From Patescibacteria group bacterium (lineage in GTDB: Bacteria; Patescibacteriota; Microgenomatia; CAYGWK01), in contig JBMORX010000006.1 in the NCBI GenBank assembly GCA_049322615.1, forward strand, positions 1 through 56,724: 56,724 nucleotides of DNA. Reading direction: 5' to 3'. The first letter of the stretch is position 1. Each line of letters begins with the position of its first letter. The notes below the pieces were generated by a model. It had not been told where the DNA came from. It did no database searches and saw only the letters and a list, made by a program, of their open reading frames with translations. A program made the translations under genes and the position numbers. This document shows, in pieces, positions 15,694 to 24,513 of the stretch.

Positions 15694-17151
15694 TTAGTAA
15701 AGGGAAAAAATTATATATTGGTCAGTTCGCTTAAGTACTGGATAACTCTGAAGCATATATTTCCCAAATTCCGAATTCTCCTCAAACTTTGTGGTCACAT
15801 AAACACTTCCTCCCATCTTTTTAATCTTTTCAATCGTCTCTTGAGTATTGGGAAAGTAAGAAGCATAACCACCTGTCCAACCATGGCGATTAGTATTATA
15901 AAGAAGAGTGGCATCATTACTGTCACCGGTGAGAACCAAAGTCTCCTTTGGAGTCAACTTATCAACTGCCTGCCCCGCCAAATCGACTCCACCTTGAATA
16001 TTATAAAAATCACGAACTTGATACCAGGAAAAAGCAAGCATAAAAAGAAAGCAGAAAGCAGAAAGCAGAAAGCAGAAAGCTTTATTAAAAATCTGACGGG
16101 GTGCGGTTAGCAACCAATAACTGCCTTTGGCTAAAAATATAGCGGTAATCGGAATAAAAGGAATCTGATAATAATCATGAGTTACGTTACCGGCGGCAAA
16201 AATGGTAACATAAATTAAAGTGCTCAAAAGCCAAAGATGGAAAAACCAACCTTCCTTCTTGCCTGGAATTAAGATTAATCCTAAACCAAAAGGAATTAGC
16301 CCCCAATGACCTAAAATTAACTTTCCCAGGCGCTCAGCGAAAATCCACCAAAAAAAAGCACCTTTGAAACGAATAGCCCCTTGGTTTAAAAGCCAATCAG
16401 AAGGAGGAATTCCCTCTGGAAATTGACTTATCCAAACTCGCCAGGCAACAATGGGTAAAAGCGAAAGTGTAACAAGCAGCCAAATTTTTGGTTGCCTAAA
16501 TGCATTTAATGAGTATTTCCTAAGAACCAGATAAGCCAATGGAAGAACCAAAAAAGGGGGAAATATTTTTTGAGTAAGAGCCAATGAAGCAAAAAGAACA
16601 GCTATCGCCCACCAGATTATTTTTTCCTTATCTAGCCACTTAATTAAGAAATAAATAAGCCCCATTGTCAAAAAAATCATCATCGGTTCAGGTAAAATTA
16701 CTCGGGAATAAAATATGCTGTATGGTAGGATGGCAAAGAAAAAAGCAGACAAAAGGCTAATTCCACTTCCAAAATATTGTCGAGCTAAAAGATAAAGAAA
16801 AATCATTGACCCCAGAAAAAAGGCAATCGAAACCAGCCGAGCCATCGATTCTTTTATTCCAAATACTTTGTAAACCCCCGCCACTATTGTTTGATAAATT
16901 GGAGGTTCAACCAAAAAAAGTCTTTCTTTATTGGGTTTATCTGGGGAATGAAGAAAGGTCATATTATCAATCCTTGGTCTTAAAAAATCCCATCCTTCTT
17001 TGACAAAATTTCTGGCTACCGCCGCTGTGTCTGCCTGACGCCAGGAATGATGATCCGCTAAGGGAATATTAATTTTATAAAGCCGTAGAATAAAGGCAAA
17101 AACAAAGATTATCGATAACAAAAAATACTCAATAATAATTTTTTTACTCAT
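15694..17151 (-). CDS. GT-C-fold membrane glycosyltransferase (ArnT/PMT-like, GT39/83 type)
   Basis: 485 aa and polytopic. LADHHSWRQADTAAVARNF follows TM1, as is typical of PMT_2-type transferases. Confidence 0.75.
   Translation of the reverse strand: MSKKIIIEYFLLSIIFVFAFILRLYKINIPLADHHSWRQADTAAVARNFVKEGWDFLRPRIDNMTFLHSPDKPNKERLFLVEPPIYQTIVAGVYKVFGIKESMARLVSIAFFLGSMIFLYLLARQYFGSGISLLSAFFFAILPYSIFYSRVILPEPMMIFLTMGLIYFLIKWLDKEKIIWWAIAVLFASLALTQKIFPPFLVLPLAYLVLRKYSLNAFRQPKIWLLVTLSLLPIVAWRVWISQFPEGIPPSDWLLNQGAIRFKGAFFWWIFAERLGKLILGHWGLIPFGLGLILIPGKKEGWFFHLWLLSTLIYVTIFAAGNVTHDYYQIPFIPITAIFLAKGSYWLLTAPRQIFNKAFCFLLSAFCFLFMLAFSWYQVRDFYNIQGGVDLAGQAVDKLTPKETLVLTGDSNDATLLYNTNRHGWTGGYASYFPNTQETIEKIKKMGGSVYVTTKFEENSEFGKYMLQSYPVLKRTDQYIIFSLY
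16046..16080. repeat. Perfect heptamer array AGAAAGC x5
   Basis: Read directly (35 bp). It translates as AFCFLLSAFCFLF inside a hydrophobic segment of the GT-C gene. Confidence 0.95.
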
Positions 17152-18613
17152 TTTTAACCATTCTGGTAGTCATAGAGATATTTATTACTCCGACCATAAT
17201 TCCCACAAGAATCCAAAAGACAAAAGCCACCTTTGAAGCCTCAAAAACATCAATGAAAAAAGCATTTATCAAAAATCCAAGAGCCGCCCCAGAAATTCCA
17301 ATTACAACCGCCTTCTCCAATCCCAATCCGTTCCTTGGGAGAAACTCGAAAACTCTTCTAGCAATCTCTAAAAAGATAAGTAACAAAGCAACAAAGCCTA
17401 AAATTCCAGTTTCCCCAAGGGCCCGAAGGTAATCATTGTCAGTTGCCAAAGTGATTGAAGAATAACCAGTCCCAAGAAGAGGATTTTTCTTAAAAGCTCG
17501 AATGGCTCTTGGCCACTCGACATTAAAACGAATCTTGACCGAGCGATAAGCGGTCAGTTCGATTGGCTCGGTTGGCTCCGTTGGTCCATAATAAACATAC
17601 TTTTTTTCTATTGGGGTTGGGGTCGGCGTAGGAAGAGAGATAACCTTCCTTTTAGGTTTTAGGGGGGCGACAACCGATGGTGGGGGTGGTGGGGTCGGCG
17701 TCGGCAAGAGAACCAATTTTTCTTTACCCTTACTTTTATAAATCCCAGACAAAAAACTAAGATTAATTTTTAAGGTCGTCGCATATCTCTGACTAAACTC
17801 ACTTGAGGTAAAAATGGCTAAAATTGACAAACTCAGAACCGGAATAATCCAAAAATATTTTTTAGAAAAAACTAAAACAGCGGTGATGCCCACAAGATAA
17901 GCAATAAAGGAAATCTGAGAAGCAGTTAAAATCAAAAGATAGAAGGTAAAAATCCCAAAGATCAAAGTAAAAATTTTCTGCCAAAAACTAGCAAAACCGA
18001 TGATTCCCCCAACTGTTACTGCTAAAACCAAAACAAGATAGGCAGCCAAATCGTAATGTCCAGCAAAGGTAGAGTTCACCCTAGCCCATTCCGAAAGAGA
18101 AAGAAGAACACCTTTAGAAAATTCTTCATTCATGGTTGAAATCACTGGAAAACCTAAAAACTTCTGTCCCAAACCATAAATAATTACTCCCGCGGTGGCT
18201 AAAAATATAGCCACCAGATAATCCTTGACATCTTGCATTTTCCTTACCGAAGCCGCAGCAATAAAGAAAAGTAACATGTATTCAATCCGCCGAACCCAGT
18301 GAAGTAAAACAAGGTGGGGAATGACATTTTTGGTAATCATTATCGCTGATAAAGAAGAAAGTCCACCAACTACAAAATAAGCAAAAATAAGCCTGTTAAG
18401 ACGATCCTGGAAAATGTTTGTCCTTTCTCCTAATGTCTTGAGGATGAAAACACCGACCAAAAAGGCGACCAAGAAATCTTCAAACCGAATTGCCACGTAG
18501 GTTCCAGGAACCTCGAAAAGAGGAAATTTGGGATAAAGAGGAATAAAAACCAAAAGAACAACAACTCCAATGAAAAGAATTCTTTCTTTAAGCCAATTTA
18601 AAAGCTTCAGCAT
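17144..18613 (-). CDS. O-antigen ligase/polymerase-like (Wzy_C-type) membrane protein with a Pro/Thr-rich insert
   Basis: 489 aa and polytopic. Motifs RVNSTFAGHYDLAAYL and GTGYSSITLATDNDYLRALGETGILGF resemble O-antigen ligase family motifs. Confidence 0.65.
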   Translation of the reverse strand: MLKLLNWLKERILFIGVVVLLVFIPLYPKFPLFEVPGTYVAIRFEDFLVAFLVGVFILKTLGERTNIFQDRLNRLIFAYFVVGGLSSLSAIMITKNVIPHLVLLHWVRRIEYMLLFFIAAASVRKMQDVKDYLVAIFLATAGVIIYGLGQKFLGFPVISTMNEEFSKGVLLSLSEWARVNSTFAGHYDLAAYLVLVLAVTVGGIIGFASFWQKIFTLIFGIFTFYLLILTASQISFIAYLVGITAVLVFSKKYFWIIPVLSLSILAIFTSSEFSQRYATTLKINLSFLSGIYKSKGKEKLVLLPTPTPPPPPSVVAPLKPKRKVISLPTPTPTPIEKKYVYYGPTEPTEPIELTAYRSVKIRFNVEWPRAIRAFKKNPLLGTGYSSITLATDNDYLRALGETGILGFVALLLIFLEIARRVFEFLPRNGLGLEKAVVIGISGAALGFLINAFFIDVFEASKVAFVFWILVGIMVGVINISMTTRMVKNE

Positions 18614-19466
18614 AAGTCTCCTTAAGATAAGAATTGTTTGTGAGATGACCGATTATTAAAGCCACGCCTGCCTTTAATTTTAGCAAAATCCGCAGGAGAA
18701 AAAGGTCAAGTGTGCTTTTATGTTTTTTGTAAAAGTAAACCAGCCCTTGGTAATTTGCCAAAATTGGGCCTTTCCTTCCTGTTTGAGAACTTCTCTGCCA
18801 AAGATGGACAATTTCCGCCTCCGGATAAAAATAAATCTTAAATCCTGCTTTTTTTATCCGATAACACCACTCAACTTCATCATAGTACATAAAAATATTC
18901 TCATCAAAAAGACCGGTCTTGGGAAATATTTCCCGCTTGACCATCATGGCTGCCCCCATTACCCAATCAACCTCTTTTGTGGTTTGATATGAAGTCCTTA
19001 CCAGCTGACTACCGCCAAAATGTTCTTTAAAAAGCATGACCCCAATCACTGGTAAACTGGGAAAACTTCCGGCTGAGGCTTGAGGTGTGCCCTCGGGATT
19101 TAAAAGCTTAGGTCCAACCACACCTGCTTGGAGATGCTCATCCATAAATTCAACCATTTTTTTAAGCGCCCCATTTTTCACAATGGTATCCGAATTAAGA
19201 AGCAAAATATATTTACCTTGAGCCTGCAGAAGGCCCTGATTGTTTCCCTTAGCAAAACCAAGATTAATTTTATTCTCAATGAGTTTGAGGTTTGGGGTTT
19301 GAGGTTTGATGAGTTCTTTCACCATCTCCACTGAACCATCAATCGAGCCGTTGTCAACCACAATAATTTCAAACTCTATCCCCTCGGTATTTTGGAAAAT
19401 TGAGTTTAAACAGTCTTCTAAGAGTTTTTGGGTATTAAAGCTTAAAATAACGACGGAAAGATCCAT
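18588..19466 (-). CDS. GT-A (GT2-like) glycosyltransferase
   Basis: 292 aa. Motifs LSVVILSFNTQKLLEDCL, IIVVDNGSIDGS and LLNSDT. Confidence 0.85.
   Translation of the reverse strand: MDLSVVILSFNTQKLLEDCLNSIFQNTEGIEFEIIVVDNGSIDGSVEMVKELIKPQTPNLKLIENKINLGFAKGNNQGLLQAQGKYILLLNSDTIVKNGALKKMVEFMDEHLQAGVVGPKLLNPEGTPQASAGSFPSLPVIGVMLFKEHFGGSQLVRTSYQTTKEVDWVMGAAMMVKREIFPKTGLFDENIFMYYDEVEWCYRIKKAGFKIYFYPEAEIVHLWQRSSQTGRKGPILANYQGLVYFYKKHKSTLDLFLLRILLKLKAGVALIIGHLTNNSYLKETYAEAFKLA
19281..19308. repeat. Imperfect heptamer array RRKTTTG x4
   Basis: Read directly as gagtttg aggtttg gggtttg aggtttg. It translates as KPQTPNLKL, at the same loop position where the paralogous GT2 (13543) carries AT-rich module copy 3. 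Confidence 0.75.
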
Positions 19467-20013
19467 AAATTTCCTTTGCCTCTTTAATCAACCATAAAGC
19501 AAAAAGCAAAAAACCGCCGACTACCAGGAGCCGAACAATCGGATTAGAATGTCGGGTAATCACGGTTACCTTGCTTCTGAATTCTTTTCCTCCAATCATC
19601 GGTTTGTTTTTTTCTCGGCTTTCAGGTTTGGTGAAAGGATCGTTTTCCCATTCATAACCGTTAACATACAAAGATTCACGCAGTGGATGGACTATTTCTT
19701 CGTAGTAAGTACTTTGAAGGGTCCGGCGGATTGTCTCTCTGGCGTATTCTGGAGGATGATTTAAACGATAGGTTAAAAGAGGAATTCCCAAAAAACTTGA
19801 GCGGGAAAAATTCTTTTGATAAAAATCAAGGACTTGGGAACGAGAAAGATCGGTATAGTAAGCAAAAAGCCCGGGAATCTCAACCGTGTCACCCGGTTCG
19901 GTAGATTTCAAACTTCCAGGCAGTGGTGGCGGTTCGGCTGGAAGAGGAAGCAGGAGATAGATTAGCAATAAAGCAATAAAGCAATAAAGCAATAAAGCAA
20001 TAATTTTCTTCAT
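19435..20013 (-). CDS. Hypothetical protein with N- and C-terminal hydrophobic anchors
   Basis: 192 aa. It has an MKKIIALLLYCFIALLLIYLLLP signal/anchor and a C-terminal VRLLVVGGFLLFALWLI helix. I recognise no family motif. Confidence 0.45.
   Translation of the reverse strand: MKKIIALLLYCFIALLLIYLLLPLPAEPPPLPGSLKSTEPGDTVEIPGLFAYYTDLSRSQVLDFYQKNFSRSSFLGIPLLTYRLNHPPEYARETIRRTLQSTYYEEIVHPLRESLYVNGYEWENDPFTKPESREKNKPMIGGKEFRSKVTVITRHSNPIVRLLVVGGFLLFALWLIKEAKEIYGSFRRYFKL
19964..20003. repeat. Perfect octamer array AGCAATAA x5 occupying codons 4-17 of the ORF
   Basis: Read directly (40 bp). On the coding strand it is TTATTGCT x5, beginning 10 nt after the ATG at 20013. Confidence 0.95.
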
Positions 20014-20039
20014 AGTTCAATTAATTAAAGTGGTCAAAG

Positions 20040-20678
20040 CTATTGAAATAATCGCGCCCGACCTAATCTGTAATGGTAATCCTTAATTTTCCTTTCCCCA
20101 ATTTCTCGCGCCGGAACTCCACCAACGATTTTTCCTGGCGAAACATCGTGAGTCACCACCGCCGATGCAGCCACAACTGCTCCTCTACCAATTTTTATTC
20201 CCGGTAGAATGATTACTCTTGGACCAATAAAAGCATAGTCCTCAATCGTTACTGGCTCCTCCACTGCTCTCATATATTCGTCATGTACATCGTGTTCGGA
20301 GTTGTATATCATCACTTCAGAAGCAATATCAACATGATTACCAATCTTCAATGGTGCCCTACCATCTAGAAAAGCATTATTGCCTATGATAGTATCTTCC
20401 CCAATCTCAATATTTCCGGGCTCGAAAAAGCGGCAAAAAACATGAACTTTTGAGCCTCTACCAATTCTAAGTCCTGCTAATCTATAGATGAATCGCCGCC
20501 AAAACCAGAATGGACACCAGCCCGAATAATTAATGATAAAAATTCTAAAATCTAACCACCAATTATAAAACCTGACAAAAGCCCGACGAAAAGCTTCCTT
20601 AACCGTCAATTTATTTCCGTGTTTATCAGTAAAAATGATACCCTCTTTGGTAATTTTGATATTTTCTTCGTAAATCAT
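20040..20678 (-). CDS. Hexapeptide-repeat (LbH) sugar O-acetyltransferase
   Basis: I trimmed the ORF to the ATG at 20678, which forms an ATGA overlap with the upstream stop. Hexapeptide repeats IGNNAFLDGRAPLKIGNHVDI ... IGPRVIILPGIKIGRGAVVAASAVV. Confidence 0.8.
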   Translation of the reverse strand: MIYEENIKITKEGIIFTDKHGNKLTVKEAFRRAFVRFYNWWLDFRIFIINYSGWCPFWFWRRFIYRLAGLRIGRGSKVHVFCRFFEPGNIEIGEDTIIGNNAFLDGRAPLKIGNHVDIASEVMIYNSEHDVHDEYMRAVEEPVTIEDYAFIGPRVIILPGIKIGRGAVVAASAVVTHDVSPGKIVGGVPAREIGERKIKDYHYRLGRARLFQ

Positions 20679-21790
20679 GATTTTTTCGCGGTAACCTCTT
20701 CTAAAACTTTTAATGTTTCTTTGGCGCATTTCTCCCAGGAAAATTTCTTAACTTGCTCCAAACCTTTTTTAACTAACGCTTCTCTATTTTTTAGGGCTTC
20801 AACTATCCCTCGGGCAATATCTTCTGATTTATAGGGATCAACGATTACCCCCGCCCTGCCTGCAACCTCTGGTAAACTTCCGGCATTTGAGACCACCACC
20901 GGCACTCCACAAGCCATAGCTTCGACTACCGGTATTCCAAATCCTTCCCAAAAAGAGGGCATAATAAAAACTTTGGCTCCGGACATGAGCGCTGGAACAT
21001 CCTCTTCGGGGATATAGTCTGTAAAAATTACCCTCTTTTCTAAGCTCAATTCCTTTGTTTTTTCAAAGATTCCTTGATACATCCAACCTTTCTTCCCCGC
21101 AACTACCAAACAAAGATCTGGATTATCATGCATTAATGTATGATAAGCAGAAAGCAGTCCCTCGATATTCTTACTAGGTCTTAAAGAACCAAGAAATAAA
21201 ATGTAGTCTCCAGGGATTTTGTATCTTTTCTTTATCTTTTCAATTTTAAATTTTAAATTTGCAATTTTAAATTTTTTTCTGTCGTATCCTGGATAAGTAA
21301 CCGTTATTCTATTCTCTGGTATTTTGTACTCTTTAATTATATCATTTTTTGTGCTTTCGGAGATAGTTAATATGTGACTGGCTTTTTTAATTGAACGAGC
21401 AGTCCAATTCGTCAACTGATATAAATCTTTTTTAGTAAATTGTTCAGGAAACTTAAGGTACCCAAGGTCCATAATAGAGACTACTAAAGGGATCGGTGAC
21501 CAACGCGGAGCATAATGCCCAGGCGAGAAAAAAACGTCAGGTCTTGGTCTGTGAATATATAAATTCAGCGGTAGTCGCCACTGAGTCCAGAATTTTTTGG
21601 GCCCAAAAACTCGATAGGTCCAATTTTTTCTTACTGGTGGCATATCTGATAAAGGCTTATCTCGGAGATAAATCACCCAGGAGTAAGGATTTTTAAGTCT
21701 GTAAAGTGCCCAAAGCAATTCAAACGCATACTGATTTGAGCCGACCCGCTCTCTTACATTCGCCTCGTTCCCATCCACCCCAACAAGCAT
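20675..21790 (-). CDS. GT-B (GT4-like) glycosyltransferase
   Basis: 371 aa. Motif PSFWEGFGIPVVEAMACGVPVVVSNAGSLPEVAG. It is a paralogue of the genes at 12366 and 23380. Confidence 0.85.
   Translation of the reverse strand: MLVGVDGNEANVRERVGSNQYAFELLWALYRLKNPYSWVIYLRDKPLSDMPPVRKNWTYRVFGPKKFWTQWRLPLNLYIHRPRPDVFFSPGHYAPRWSPIPLVVSIMDLGYLKFPEQFTKKDLYQLTNWTARSIKKASHILTISESTKNDIIKEYKIPENRITVTYPGYDRKKFKIANLKFKIEKIKKRYKIPGDYILFLGSLRPSKNIEGLLSAYHTLMHDNPDLCLVVAGKKGWMYQGIFEKTKELSLEKRVIFTDYIPEEDVPALMSGAKVFIMPSFWEGFGIPVVEAMACGVPVVVSNAGSLPEVAGRAGVIVDPYKSEDIARGIVEALKNREALVKKGLEQVKKFSWEKCAKETLKVLEEVTAKKS
21236..21280. repeat. AT-rich in-frame module, degenerate copy 4
   Basis: The sequence caattttaaattttaaatttgcaattttaaattttttt translates as KKFKIANLKFKIEKIKK in the GT4 interdomain linker. 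Confidence 0.6.
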
Positions 21791-21794
21791 ATCT

Positions 21795-23405
21795 TTATTT
21801 TACCAGTTTATAGATAAAAGTTTCTTTTGGCAGTTGCCAGGTCTTTTCAATTTTTTTAGGAGAAAACTCATAAATTTCCATAATCTTAGCATTCACCGGA
21901 TCAGGCAAACCGCCCTCAGCCACAACATAAAGAATCTCGGCTCGCTCATAATCCTCCGGCTGCCAATCTAAAGCTCGCTTTTTATAAAAAGCCTCAACAA
22001 AATAACGATAATCAACGGCATTATGATCCCAACGATCGGGATTTTTGTAGTTAGCGGCAATGTTGAAGGTTTTTGAGATATCTACATCATTGGCAATAAC
22101 CCTGGCTACTTGTTTTATATCTTTAATTGTTCGCTCTGGTTCCTCAAAAACCAAAACATTGCTGATGTTAAACCAAAGCATACCAGCAAAAATTATTATC
22201 ACAAACGACCTCGTCCATTTCTTTTGCCAAAGAAACCAAAACATTAACCCTAAAAATAAAAATGGAATTGGGTAGAGAAAGATGTAATAAAAGAAATAAA
22301 ATTTACCAATGTAAAAGCGACTGAATAAGGCACTGATTAAAATTGAGGCTATCAGTAAATTTAAAATTAATATTTTAGCTTTGTGAAAGTAAGACCAAAT
22401 CACTGAGCAAATAATTAATATTAATAAACCAATCCCCCACCATTGATATTGAACAAGCAGTGGTTTGTGGGCAATAATCGAAACCGGAGCGAAAGTCAAA
22501 ACCGAGCCAAGCTTTCCCCAGAATTCAAATGGCACTTGGGCGGTTTTCAAAAAACTACCAGATAGCAAGGCGACAAAAAGTTGATAAATTGAAGCCACCA
22601 TCGGCTCAAAAAATTTCGTAGGCGACAAACTAACTCTTTCGCCAGCAAAAAAGTAAAGATAGATATTTTTGGTCAGCATAAAATTATGACGAAGATCGAA
22701 TAATAAAAGTGGGGCTCCAAATAAAAATAGTATTAAGCCTGAGAGGAAAACCCATTTCTTTTCCAATCGAACAAAACTCCAGATAAAGGCGAAAATCCAA
22801 ATTGGCATTAAAGCTAGGGCACCATAATGAAGATTAATGGCATAACCAAGAGCCAAAGAAGTAAAGATGAGATAAATTTCCTTTTTTGCCTTAAAAAGTT
22901 GATAAAGAAAAAAGATGGTCAAGAGAATAAAAAACGGCTGGGTATTGGGATTCCAAGCTCGATGAGATAACTCAACAATCAAAGGCGAAGTGGCGTATAA
23001 AGCGCCAATCGCCAACCCTACCATCTCGCCAAAAAAATCCCGGCTGATATACCAAATTAAAACTACGGTTAAGACCCCAACAAAAGCTGTATAAATATCA
23101 ACTCCAACCGGATTTAACTTAGAAAGCCAGAGAATCGGGACTAAAGTGTAATAATAAAATGGCGGTAAATAGACTCCTCGCATTGAACTTTGAGGTCCCA
23201 AAAGTGTCAGCTTGTGATCAACTAAAATCCGCTTGACAATTAAATCGTCTCGTGCTTGATCATAAGTGAAAAAATGAAGCTCGGTAATCTTATAAAAACG
23301 CAAGAAAATCGCCAAAACCAAAATTAAACCCAGGAAAATTGTCTCGAGTTTATTTGATTTAATTAATTGAAGTGCTTTTTTAACGCTCCTTTTTATAAAT
23401 TCCAT
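21795..23405 (-). CDS. GT-C-fold membrane glycosyltransferase (ArnT/PMT-like)
   Basis: 536 aa and polytopic. FTYDQARD follows TM1, and the layout matches the paralogues at 24510 and 28085. Confidence 0.7.
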   Translation of the reverse strand: MEFIKRSVKKALQLIKSNKLETIFLGLILVLAIFLRFYKITELHFFTYDQARDDLIVKRILVDHKLTLLGPQSSMRGVYLPPFYYYTLVPILWLSKLNPVGVDIYTAFVGVLTVVLIWYISRDFFGEMVGLAIGALYATSPLIVELSHRAWNPNTQPFFILLTIFFLYQLFKAKKEIYLIFTSLALGYAINLHYGALALMPIWIFAFIWSFVRLEKKWVFLSGLILFLFGAPLLLFDLRHNFMLTKNIYLYFFAGERVSLSPTKFFEPMVASIYQLFVALLSGSFLKTAQVPFEFWGKLGSVLTFAPVSIIAHKPLLVQYQWWGIGLLILIICSVIWSYFHKAKILILNLLIASILISALFSRFYIGKFYFFYYIFLYPIPFLFLGLMFWFLWQKKWTRSFVIIIFAGMLWFNISNVLVFEEPERTIKDIKQVARVIANDVDISKTFNIAANYKNPDRWDHNAVDYRYFVEAFYKKRALDWQPEDYERAEILYVVAEGGLPDPVNAKIMEIYEFSPKKIEKTWQLPKETFIYKLVK

Positions 23406-24513
23406 AAGCCTTCTGATAAACCCTCAATGTTTCTTGGGCAGTTTTTTCCCAAGAAAACTTAACACTTCGTTTTAATCCTTTTCTAATAAGCTCTTTTCTA
23501 TTTTTAAGCGCTTTTATAATCCCCAGCGTGATATCCTCAACATTTAAAGGATCCACCAAAATCGCCGCCTCTCCTGCCACTTCTGGCATGCTTGAAACAT
23601 TAGACGTTACCACCGGACAACCGCAAGCCATTGCCTCAAGTATCGGCAAACCAAATCCCTCATAAAGCGAAGGGTAAACAAACACTTGGGCCCCAGCATA
23701 GAGCGCCGGCAAATCCTCTTTTGGTACATATCCCAATAATTTGATATTTGTCATTTGAAATTTGTCATTTGAAATTTCTGTGCCCCATCCAAACTTTCCC
23801 GCAATAACGAGGGTGACAGGGACGGACCCTGTCAGCAGTGAAAATGCTTCGATTACTCTTTTCAGGTTTTTTCTGGGCTCTAAAGTTCCTACCGCCAAGA
23901 TGTAATCTCCCTCAATCCCATATTTCCTCTTCACTTTCTCAGTGTTCTCTTTTGCTCGCTCTGTGAACTCCGTGTTGCAAGCTTCATAAATCACTCTTAT
24001 TCTCTCCTCTGGGATTCCCAAAATTTCGACAATATCTTTCTTTGTGCTTTCCGAAACAGCGATTATCAGCTTTGACTCTTTTTTCACCCATTCAAGTTTT
24101 CTTTTCAAATTGGAAACAATATCATGTCCGCCCCTCGGAACAAAGGTTTCTGGGTATTTAAAAATTGCTAAATCATGAATTGTCGTCACCTTTGGACATC
24201 TTGCTGGTGGCTCCAGCCAATCGGAACTATGAAAAATATCCAATTTTCCAGTGAAAGTCTCAATTGGAACTAGATGTAACCTGTTCCAAAGAAATTCAAG
24301 TAGAAGTGGAGGAAATTTGAAAATTTTGAATTTTGAATTGTCATTTTTAATTTTTAACTTTGAATTTTGAATTTTAGCCCGCAATGAAGAGAAAAACAAA
24401 ACATATTCATTTCCCCTGTCCAATTTAAGAAGATTCTCCACCAGGTTTTCAGTATAGGAAGCCACTCCTGTTCCAGGAAAAGCCAGTTGAGAAATATCTA
24501 TGCCTATTTTCAT
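23380..24513 (-). CDS. GT-B (GT4-like) glycosyltransferase
   Basis: I trimmed the ORF to the ATG at 24513, which forms an ATGA overlap with the upstream stop at 24510. Motif [34 protein letters not shown]. Confidence 0.85.
   Translation of the reverse strand: MKIGIDISQLAFPGTGVASYTENLVENLLKLDRGNEYVLFFSSLRAKIQNSKLKIKNDNSKFKIFKFPPLLLEFLWNRLHLVPIETFTGKLDIFHSSDWLEPPARCPKVTTIHDLAIFKYPETFVPRGGHDIVSNLKRKLEWVKKESKLIIAVSESTKKDIVEILGIPEERIRVIYEACNTEFTERAKENTEKVKRKYGIEGDYILAVGTLEPRKNLKRVIEAFSLLTGSVPVTLVIAGKFGWGTEISNDKFQMTNIKLLGYVPKEDLPALYAGAQVFVYPSLYEGFGLPILEAMACGCPVVTSNVSSMPEVAGEAAILVDPLNVEDITLGIIKALKNRKELIRKGLKRSVKFSWEKTAQETLRVYQKAYGIYKKER
23746..23777. repeat. 14-bp tandem ATTTGTCATTTGAA x2.3 (carries the module core)
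   Basis: Read directly. It translates as [11 protein letters not shown], so the same unit is read in two frames within one gene. Confidence 0.9.
24313..24378. repeat. AT-rich in-frame module, copy 6 (core TTGTCATTTTT at 24338-24348)
   Basis: Read directly. It is flanked by ttttgaat octamer repeats and translates as [22 protein letters not shown]. Confidence 0.85.

Noticed and set aside
15718-16110. A 130-aa antisense ORF, plus the many 60-100-aa ORFs opposite or out of frame within larger genes (for example 455..691, 1266..1451, 4303..4564, 25195..25377, 25420..25644 and 42763..43074).
   Set aside because: All are nested in much longer ORFs that carry clear family motifs. Their translations are low-complexity or repeat-derived, typical of shadow ORFs in AT-rich DNA.
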